This document shows positions 53,761 to 64,000 of a stretch of DNA of 64,000 nucleotides, in pieces. Source of the DNA: Eledone cirrhosa (Eukaryota). The notes beneath the pieces were generated by a model. The model did not search any database. It was not told the origin of the DNA and was given only the letters and a program-made list of their open reading frames with translations. Made by a program: the position numbers and the translations under genes. The stretch spans positions 297,476,001 through 297,540,000 of the forward strand of contig OZ024742.1 in the NCBI GenBank assembly GCA_964016885.1, in the 5' to 3' direction. Numbering within the stretch: position 1 is the first letter of the stretch; every line of letters starts with the position of its first letter.

Positions 53761-56340
53761 TATGTTTCCTCCTGTTGTATTGTATGTCTACGCCATCTTT
53801 ATTTAATCTGTTTATTTATTTATTTATTTTTGTCTTCTTCTCTGCGCATGCGTTTGCGTGTGTGTATAGTGATTGATGTGTGTTCGCGTTTGGTTGACTG
53901 TGTTTTGGTTATTGTATTCTATCTTAGTTTACTAGTGTGTGTTTATATGTGTTTGTTGTTATTGTGCTTGTGTATGTATTTATTTATTTATTTATATTTC
54001 TCTTAGGTCAGTATTGTTTGTTTGGGTGTTGTTGTTATTCCATTCATTTTTTTCTGTTTAGCTTTGGCCTTCTAAGTTCAATTTCACTGGCCTCTCTAAT
54101 TTGCCTATCTGCTGGGTCATTTCTATGTTTAGATATTTTAATTTCTATGTTGTCTATGTTACCGTCATGTTGTTGTTTGGCGTGTTCGTATAGTAATGAA
54201 CCATTTTTTCTTCCATTTAGTTCCCCCCAGTGTTGGTCTATCCTTTCACTTATACTACGACCTGTCTCGCCTATGTATGTTGTTGTCATGTTTCTGAAAG
54301 TACCCTCTGTACATCTTATGCTATAGACTACGTTTCTAGTTTTACAGATTATTTGGGGGTTTACTTTACATATAATACATTTCCTATTAGTACAGTGGGT
54401 TTTCTTAAAAGGGTATGTTTTGCTGATCAGGGATTTTTATGGTGGTTCCTGGCTTTTCTACCACCTTAATCTTTAGGTGGGTCTTTCTCAGGGCCTTTCT
54501 ACACTGGTTAGCTAATTTTCCCCCAGGGGTAGCGTCACGAACATGAAACTCTGGTATCTCTGGTTGTCGTACCATGAGGTGGCTTTCCCTATCTTATGTT
54601 TAGTCCTATCTAAGTTATTCCATTATTTGCTCCTGTATAATGTCCAGTTCTATGAGGGTCTTATACTTCTCCGTGGCTCCTTCGTATACTCTGTTTCTGT
54701 CTCTCTGGTTGTAGCCAGAGAACTGCAAGCGGTTGATGAAGTGTTGGATGTGTCTTTCCATTTCTGTAGGGTCGCACATGTGGGACACGTTCTTCATCAT
54801 TCGTACCAAGTCTGTGATCAGAATATTAAACTGAGTTATTAAGCTGAGTTTTTGAGTATCAGATATTTGGAGGCCATGGGTTTAGCGTAGTGTGAGTGGA
54901 GAATTTGGGCTCTCTCGTCTATAGTGTTAATCTAGAGTTCCGTGTCTAATACAGGTAGTCTATTGTTAGGGTGTTTGGAAGAGTAGTCGATAGTTACAGT
55001 TATACTCTGGTGTATGGAATTACCTATCTACTAGATGCTTTACATTGTGCTACATTCTAAATCATACTTGTTAGTACTCTCTCGTGGAGATGTCCTTATC
55101 ACTATATTAATGTCGACTACATAACCAGAGTACATGATGAGGTCTATGGAGCTCTCATCAAGGACATCTTCGAGTCTCCTTCCCACCATACCATAAAAAG
55201 TTTGGCAACGTCACCAGCTATGCTGACGCCAATGGCTGCTCCCTCATTTTGGATGTAGATCTTCTCGTTGAATTTAAATGTGTGGCCTTTTAGGGTAGTT
55301 TATGGGTCTACTGGGGCAAAATAGCTAAGGTCATGGCTGTCTAGGTAGTCAGTGTCATAAGTAAGTCTAAGAAGGAGACCCAGTTCGTCTGCGTCGACGT
55401 CGCAGAACTCCACCTCACTCTCACTGATCATCTCCACACATTTTACCACAGCAAAATCAATGTTAATGGATGGGTATAGTGATACCATGACCTTAGCCAT
55501 TTATGCCGTAGTAGACCCATAAGAGGTAGATCTCCCACCATAACCTCAATGGCAAAAAAGACTCCCATGGGAAGGTGAATTGGGTGGACCAAAGCCATAC
55601 GGACCCCACAAAACAATGATCAGGTAAGAAAAATGGTCGCACATGCAATAGGGGCTAGTATTAAAACTATCCTAAAGGGCCACATATTCAAATTCAACGA
55701 GAAGATCTACACCCAAAATGAGGAAGCAGCCATTGGCGTCAGCATAGCTGGTGACGTTGCCAACCTTTTTATGGTATGGTGGGGAAGGAGACTCAAAGAT
55801 CTCCTTGATGAGAGCTCCATAGACCTCATCATGTACTCTCGTTATGTAGACGACATTAATATAGTGATAAGGACATCTCTACAAGAGAGTATTAACAAGT
55901 ATGATTTAGAATGTAGCACAATGGAAAGCATCCAGCAGATAGCTAATTCCATACACCAGAGTATAACTAACTATCGACTACCCTTCCAAACACCCTAACA
56001 ATAAACTACCTGTATTAGACACAGAACTCTGGATTAACACTATAGACGAGAGAGCCCAAATTCTCCACTCACACTATGCTAAACCCATGGCCTCCAAATA
56101 CCTGATACTCAAAAACTCAGCAATGTCCAGTAGTGCTAAGTTTAATATTCTGATCGCAGACTTGGTAGGAGTGATGAAGAACGTGTCCTATATGTGCGAC
56201 CCAATAGAAATGGAAAGACACATCCAACACTTTATCAAGCGCATGCAGTTCTCTAGCTACAGCCAAAGAGACAGAATCAGAGTATACGAAGGAGCAACGA
56301 AGTATAAGACCCTGATAGAACTGGACATGAAAGGAATTTG

Positions 56341-57952
56341 GCGCAGGTAGTTTGATGCAGGTAGTTTGTTCCATGCTTCAGCAACTCTGAGCGTGAAAAA
56401 TGTTTCCGAAAGTCATGGGAACTGTGCTGTTTTCTGACTTTGTGGGCATGCCCACGTGTGTTAGACAGGTGGAAATCAAAAAGATACTCAGGGTTGTTGT
56501 TCGAAAAGATGGTTAAAAATGTTATGGGTGTTTACCAAGTCAGTTGCCATTCCTTGGAGCTTCAATGTATCCATGCCCAGGGAAGCAAGGCGTTCAGAGT
56601 ATGGTAAATGCCTGATGGAGGGTATTTGCTTGGTTGCACATCTTTGAACAGTTTCCAGGCGGTAAATGTTCTCAGCAAGATAGGGGTTCCAGACTGGTGA
56701 TGCAAATTCTAAGTGTGGCCGCACCATAGCCATGTACAGCCTTAAATAGATAGCTTGAGAGCGGCTGACAAAGGTCTTGCTGAGTATGCTAAGACACCCT
56801 CGGCCCTCTTGACAATTTTAGAGACGTGCTTCGTCCAACGCAAATCGCTGCTGACCGTAATGCCCAGGTCACGTGTTCACAAGAAGACTTCTTGATATTA
56901 GTGCTGTGGAGGGAGTATGTGGACGCTGGGTTTTTATTCCCAAAATGCAAGGTGGTGCACTTGCCCACAGCTAGCTTTAGTTGCCAGTCTGAGATCCATT
57001 GTTGATATGTGTCAGCTCAGACTGCAAGCAAGATCTATAGTGTTCAGGATCTGTCCTTTTTATCTCAAGGTACAGCTTTATGTCATCTGCATACTTTAGT
57101 AATGTGGCATTCTTTAAGTTGATATCTATGTCATTAATATATGCCACAAACAAAAGGGGCCCAAGAACAGATCCTTGTGGTACACCAGATGACATCTCAT
57201 ATGGTGAGGAATGCTGTCCCAGAACCATGACTACCTCTCTTCGACTGAGAATAAAGGACTACAACCAGTTAAAAAGATCATCCTTCACACCCATCGCAGA
57301 GAGTTTTGCCATAAGCCTTTTGTGTGGCACAGAATTGAAAGCTTTCGCAAAGTCAAGGTAAACAACATTCACCCATGAGCCGCCATCAGTGATCCGGGTG
57401 ATGTCTTCAAGAAACTCGATCAGTTGATCACAGCAGCTGGAGTTGGGTATAAATCCAAATTGCGAGGGCCGGATAAGACTGTGAGAGTTCCAGAATTTCC
57501 AAAGTGTTTCTCTGACACAGGATTCCATCAGTTTGGCAATGCAACTAGTAAGACTGACTGGACGATAGTTCATAGGTTATGTGCGGTCACCCTTTTGAAC
57601 AGGGGAATGACACTGGCAGTTTTCCACTGTTCTGGAGTAGCACCGTTGTTCAGACGGAATTGGAAGAAGCGTGATAGCTGGTGCAGAAGGCAGTACCCAC
57701 CACGTTTAAGAAGCATGTACGTAACACCATCAAGACCAGGAGAGGCATGGTTGCGTTTATTTTTTAGGTGACGTCGCAGCATTGCAGGTGTAAATTCCAT
57801 GGTTGTAATAGAGTCCGGTGTCATAGGTGGTGGAGACGGTACACTCTGGTCTTCAATAGTGAAAATGCCTGCATAGCATTCAGCAATGAGCTCTGCGCAT
57901 TCCTTGGGGTCGTCAGTAACCTGGCCTGTGTAGGGATTGTGAAGAGGACCAC
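56341..57952 (-). mobile_element. CR1-type LINE RT fragment lacking its 3' UTR and tail
   Basis: SPGLDG, NYRPVSLTS, YLDFAKAF..VPH, SGVPQGSVLGPLLF, KYADD, VRPHLEFAS; same family as 11520-12378. Confidence 0.92.
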
Positions 57953-57957
57953 CATAA

Positions 57958-58004
57958 TAGCACCACTGACGACGCTGCAGATGTGCAACGAAAAACTTTG
58001 TTAG
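57958..58004 (+). ncRNA. Hammerhead in family A pLTR (slightly decayed)
   Basis: CTGACGA-C-GCTGCA gatg TGCAAC-GAAA-AAC-TT-TG. Confidence 0.55.
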
Positions 58005-58311
58005 ACTATATATATGTGTTTGTGTTTATATTATATCTGTATTTTTGACCGTTAGTCAGTGAGTGGTAAACATTGAGGACCGAATAAATTAACTGATATG
58101 AAAGATACAGAAGCGAAAACCAACCAAACAGGGTGTGTGTTCTGTTATTAATTCTGGCAATATTATTACAATATGACTCTCCCCCAAGTATAACAATATT
58201 TGTTTTGACATACGATTTCATATCAAAAGCCTTGCAAAATAAATTCATATATATATATATATATGAGTATGTATACGTACATACATATATGTATACAGAC
58301 GTACAGTAGTA

Positions 58312-58417
<106 letters not shown>

Positions 58418-58563
58418 CATACATACATGCACACATATATGTACGTATGGATTCACCGAACATTTATCATAATGCCCGGTTTGTTTGTAAACAAACATCC
58501 CAAATGAAGCCGTACAGTGTTTAGCAACCATCGTTGCCCCTTTGTTCAACATTGACAAAGGAA

Positions 58564-58604
58564 CAATGTACTAGTTTCAAGCTTATTAGCTATCGTCAGC
58601 ACCA
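58564..58604 (-). ncRNA. Minimal hammerhead ribozyme (subfamily with altered stem I)
   Basis: TGGTG-CTGACGA-TAGCTAATAAGCTT-GAAA-CTAG-TA-CATTG. Confidence 0.82.
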
Positions 58605-58831
58605 AATACCTTCCTGCCAGATGATTAAACGTCTGAAAGTATATACTTTCCTTATGCATATTAACGGCTGAGCAGCCTAATTTGTATATCACGTGAGTTA
58701 GTCGGCCGGGCGCACCCAAAACGATAAATAGAAAAAATGAAACGAAATTTCATTTCTCACTCTTAGTACGGTTGTTACTTAAATATAAGTATGTATACGT
58801 GCATACATATATGTATAAAGACGTACAGTAG

Positions 58832-58883
<52 letters not shown>

Positions 58884-58991
58884 CATGCACATATATATAT
58901 GTACGTATGGATTTACCGAACATTTATTATAATGCCCGGTTTGTTTGTTCGGTAAATCCAACAAACGTACATGTATATGTGTGCATGTATG

Positions 58992-59041
<50 letters not shown>

Positions 59042-59273
59042 TACTACTACTGTACGTCTGTATATATATATGTATGTACGTATACATACTTATATTTAAG
59101 TAACAGCCGTACTAAGAGTGAGAAATGAAATTTCGTTTCAATTTTTCCATTTATCGTTTTCGGTGCGCCCGGCCGACTAACTCACTCGATATGCAAATTA
59201 GGCTGCTCAGCCGTTAATATCCATAAGGAAAGTATATACTTTCAGACGTTTAATCATCTGGCAGGAAGGTATT

Positions 59274-59314
59274 TGGTGCTGACGATAGCTAATAAGCTTG
59301 TAACTAGTACATTG
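59274..59314 (+). ncRNA. Hammerhead with GAAA>GUAA core change
   Basis: Otherwise identical to 58564-58604. Confidence 0.65.
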
Positions 59315-59450
59315 TTCCTTTGTCAATGTTGAACAAAGGGGCAACGATGGTTGCTAAACACTGTACGGCTTCATTTGGGATGTTTGTTTACAAACAAACC
59401 GGGCATTATAATAATTGTTCGGTAAATCCATACGTACATATATATGTGTG

Positions 59451-59487
<37 letters not shown>

Positions 59488-59898
59488 CAAAGGAATTGTG
59501 GTACGGAACCAGAACGCACCAGAGTACTCAATACATAGGCTAGTAGAGTGGGTAATAGGAAAAGGTATGACCCCCGACGGCAGAACTCATGCTGTTCCGA
59601 CGGCTTGAGCTCTGCCGTCGGGGTCATACCTTTTCCTATATATATATACAAACACGCATACACACACGTACACACACTATATACTTAACAATTGTTTTTC
59701 CTTTTCAGCTGGATGCCTTCGATCACTGCCTTTTAAAACAAGACCAACTGGTTTTCTCATAAACCAACACCAGATTCAACAGTTTTCCAAGAGATGGTGA
59801 TTTGAATAGACATGTTTCTACTCAAATAAATCATTTTTTCATTTCCACTATTGCGCCCCTCCTCTATCTTTCTATTTTTTTCTTTAATTTCTTATTCT

Positions 59899-59935
59899 AT
59901 TTCTGATGAAGGACTAACTTCCAAAATGTTAAGAC
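59899..59935 (+). ncRNA. Decayed hammerhead-like motif
   Basis: CTGATGA-A-GGA..TCC-aAAA-TGT-TA; same layout as the 16440 motif. Confidence 0.3.
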
Positions 59936-61716
59936 TCTCTTCCTACTATATCAAGTATAAAAGTAATATATTTCTCCATTACACTGTGTTTGCTTTCTTA
60001 TTTCTCTTTGAGTTTTGCAATATATAAATATATGTATTTTGGCAATCATCATATTTTTTTAATGTGAATCAATTGCCAACATGTGTTACTGTAAATGGTC
60101 AGGCCTGGGTTTCCTTCCCTTTGATATGAAGTTATGCATCACTAGAAGTTGAAAACTACTACAGTCACTTGCAACCAGCAACTGAAGGTTATAAAAGCCC
60201 CACCCTCTATCGCGAACACTGTGATACTACAAGCAAATATGGCGAGAGATTGGATATCAAATGGTGCGAAAAAGACTCACAACCAGTGAAGTGTGTGATG
60301 TTAGAAAACAACTCGAATAATAGAAACCATGCCATATGAGCAAGATGATGTCTTTCTAACCTGTCTTTTCTTAGACCATGAAAATGTATCAAAACCTTCT
60401 AGCAAGTTGTTAGATATATGGTTTTCAAAACAACAAAAAGGTTCATATGGAATTAGGTTGAAAAGCTTGAATTCAAATATAAATGGCTTAAAATGGATAG
60501 TTTTCAATCATAGATCCAGGGTAAATATTAGGAAAGTTGATAGCAAAAGGTTTAAACTTTAGAATATTCTATTTATACAACAAATCAAAAACTGAATTGA
60601 ACATTTTGAAAAAGGCTAAACTTATTGTAACAGCATGTTGTGAATACATTTGTTGTTATAACAGCTGAAGTAATATTTCTAAAATCTAAAAGTAGTAATA
60701 TCTATAGAATTGCCTAAAAAATTACATTCTGAAAAAGAATATATTCATAGTTTATTGTATCGATAGCAGCTACAAATATAAAAGGCAACAATTGTTTAGA
60801 GTATTATTGATTGAACAATTTATTGTAGTGTTATCTAAATATTGTAACTGGATTATATTCCAAATTATTCAATTTTCATCTTTCTAAATTTTTACCATTT
60901 CTTTACCAAAATATATTTCTACAATTGTTTGCTCCCAGGAGTCTAAAGGTCTCTTGACTTTATTCTTCATTCTCATCATAATCGTCATTTTATTACTGTA
61001 TTCCATGCTGTCATGTGTTGAGCAGGCTTTAACTGTCACAAACCAGACAGTTCAATGTACTCACATCTTGCTCATACATTCCATATTTGGCATAACTGTA
61101 CCATGATAGAATACACCCATTACACCTTGTAAAATGGTTGGCATATGGAAGAGCATCTAGCTATGCGGTCATGTTGGCACCATGATAAAATGGTACCATG
61201 ATAAAATCCGGTGCCGATTGCATAACTAGTTAATCAATAAAGGATTTATGGCAAACTCAAACAGAGAATAGAGAAAATATTTGATTTGGAGATGGCCCTC
61301 AAAATAGGTGTTATTGTTACTGTAGACGATCTCCGAATAAGAAGCTTGTCAATGCAAAGTATTGTGTAACTAATTATAAAATCTGTACCTGATGATGTTG
61401 CCAGTATATTATGTAACCAGATCATTGAAATATATATAGTGTTATTTTACTGAAATTAATATTTAACTCCATCCATACACCAGCCACGGGATTCAGATTT
61501 AATTATGGATGAGTTGCACAATGTAGGGTGCTTTTCATACTACTACACCAAGGTTAACTAAATGGAATGACCAGTTCTATCCATTGGTGAACCACAAAAT
61601 ATAAATTAATATATGTATATATAAGACCAAGTATAAGTCTTATTGCCTTGGAGTTTCTCCTGTGTACTAACATGAGCATGAGACAAGACTAATTCTTGTG
61701 ACTGTCAATATAATAA

Positions 61717-61834
<118 letters not shown>

Positions 61835-63544
61835 TGGAATGAGACACTTGATAATGACTGGAGATCAAACTGATCAGAACCAAGTGTAGATGAAAATGTT
61901 AAAAGTTTCATTTCAAAGATAAGGTTAATGGTCCAAAAAACTTATCTTTCTAACAACAACTCATCTTTGACATTTAATTGTGTAATGTTGTATAATGTAT
62001 AAATTCTTCCTTTCATCTCTCAATCTCCATATAAATTTCAAGAGAGCTCTGTTAATTTTTCAAAAGGGGTTTAATGTAATGTATTTTTAGTGGCTATTTG
62101 TTAATGAATAATCTGCAAATCCTGTGTAGATGGCTGAAATAGTTGCTGTTGTATTTTCCCTGTGGCTGATTATTCATATACAGCAGAGTACTCAATAAAA
62201 GCTATTTCTTTAGTTACTCTAGTTCTACACAATCATTCTTGATAATACTAGACATGTTTAAACTGAATGTTGTAAAAATCCATAAAATAATAAGTACATG
62301 TCCAAAATCATCAAAGTAAAGTTATTCAGAGTAGTAGTTAAGGTGTTGGGCTCATAAGTATAAGATTATGAGTTCAAATCCCTGACAAGTTAGCCTATTT
62401 GAGCAGGACATTTTATTTCATGCTGCTGAGAGAGAGAGTTTCATAAAAAAAGTGCTGAGCACTTGAAGTGATTGGAAACTGTTGCAGAGAGAAACAAAGT
62501 AAGACAAGGGATATAGTAGTAAGGAATTATCTGAAGAAACTAAACCCCATGAAGGAAATGACATAGGATTGTGCTCACTGGTGATATGCTACAATATAAA
62601 AAACCCAACTGCCAGTACAAACATGGTGACACTAAAAGTAAAAGGAGTGAGAGGCTAGAGGCTACAGTGTTTAGCAATCAAATAATGAAGGAATTGATAG
62701 AACTCTTTAATTTGGTCTAGCATGCAACAACCTTTCTAGTGTTGTTGAAACTACAAAATGCACCCTGTCTACTCTGTAAATTTCTAGTGCTGGTGTCATG
62801 AAAAATGTGCCCAGTATTCCCCGTAAGGGATTGGCATTAGAAAGGCTATCCAGCCATAGAAACTATGCCAAATATAGAGTATAAGGATCAAGAATGGAAT
62901 GCAGATGTAAAATAATAATTACAAGCAAGGTATCAATTTTAGGTGTTGCTTAGAATGTTACACAGTGTGAGTGAATCTGTATTCAATTCACATAATTTAA
63001 CCTACTACTACATCAGGTTTAACTAAATGGATGGCAGCATATTGCCATACTGATATGCTGCAAGCTTAAATGATCATTACTTAATTCATAATACATGATG
63101 CTGATGAAGATAATGTAGCATAATTAATCTGTTTATAAATAATAACTGCTAGATTTGATATCAATTAAACAGTTTATGGAAATAGCTGAAGGGTGGTTTG
63201 AAAAATCTATGCCCTTGTAGCTGAGGTGTTACAGCATAAGATTGTTAATGGTATATTTAGGCAAAATCAGGAAATGATAATGGGACACTCCTCGTAAACA
63301 TAAGAGTCAATCTTTAAATGATGTCTTCATGTTGTACAGGTAAAGTGGAGGAGAAAAGTTATTAATTTTTAAAACTTTGTGCTATTCTGACTTTTAGTGC
63401 ACTGAATTCAAATCCCATCCTGGTCATCTTTGTCTTTCATCCATTTGGGATCAACAATTAAAATACCAGTCCAGGGTGGACTAGTAGAATTATTAGACAA
63501 TTGGATAAAACATCTCGCAATGTTTTTTTCTAGCTCTTCGGGCA

Positions 63545-64000
63545 TTCATCATCATCATCATTTAACGTCCATCTTCCACACTAGCATGGGTTAGATGGTT
63601 TTGTTCCATTTGATGCGGGAATGGTCAGGAGACCGTGTTTTGCTCATACGGAAGTGCCTCTGGCAGGTTTTCTATGGCTAGATGCCCTCTTCCTAACACT
63701 AACCACCTTTGCAGTGTGGACTGGGAGCCTTTTTACCATGTCTCCTACATGACCACTTTACAGTGTGGACTGGGTGCTTTTTGTTGTGTCATCAACACAA
63801 TGGACAGAAATGGGAGGATGGGGTAGAGTGTGTAGGGTGGGGTGTATATTGGGTTAAGAGGTGCCTACTGACTAGGTTTGTATGCAAGGGAAGGCAGGTC
63901 TTCTGTACATCTGCATGGTGCCAAAGTTCTCAATCCAGTGAAATTGTCTTAAAGAGGTGTAAATGAGCAAGGTCAGTTTTTATCACCTCGGCCCAGGTGT
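63545..64000 (-). mobile_element. RTE LINE 3' end, running off the window
   Basis: (CAT)n then similarity to 37905-38410. Confidence 0.85.

Larger units (their letters stand above)
53581..58247. mobile_element. Rearranged family A PLE: minus arm 53581-55490, plus arm 55510-56340, CR1 piece, plus-strand pLTR 57953-58247
   Basis: High similarity to 34600-36760 on both strands; YSRYVDD in ORF 55633; YIGET in ORF 54044. Confidence 0.88.

Noticed and set aside
61386-61441. CTGATGA...GAAA-TATATA-TA hammerhead-like spacing (similar weak case at ~25230-25300 minus)
   Set aside because: Stem II or stem I pairing is too poor to call

Overview
AT-rich, microsatellite-dense animal DNA. The SINE, RTE and Penelope content suggests a cephalopod, probably Octopus (inference only). 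No host gene could be identified with confidence. The first ~33 kb is mostly old SINE, RTE and CR1 LINE fragments, TTAA-flanked MITEs and simple repeats. From 33 to 60 kb there is a nested retroelement cluster built largely inside (TA)n tracts. It holds three protein-coding Penelope-like element (PLE) families (RT plus C-terminal GIY-YIG), an internally deleted Gypsy LTR element inserted in an RTE, and a CR1 fragment. The main signal is a dense set of type I hammerhead ribozymes (HHRs): about 17 full-length motifs from about 8 sequence families, some with core substitutions. They include U3-A8 core variants, extra-nucleotide variants and CUU-site variants. Five of them lie in a non-coding ~420 bp unit found in head-to-tail arrays joined by (TA)n, which resembles a retrozyme (circular-RNA-derived element). 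One PLE family is present both with a 745 bp GT-AG intron and with that intron precisely removed. All RNA structures were folded by eye, and clade names rest on recalled motifs, not database searches.
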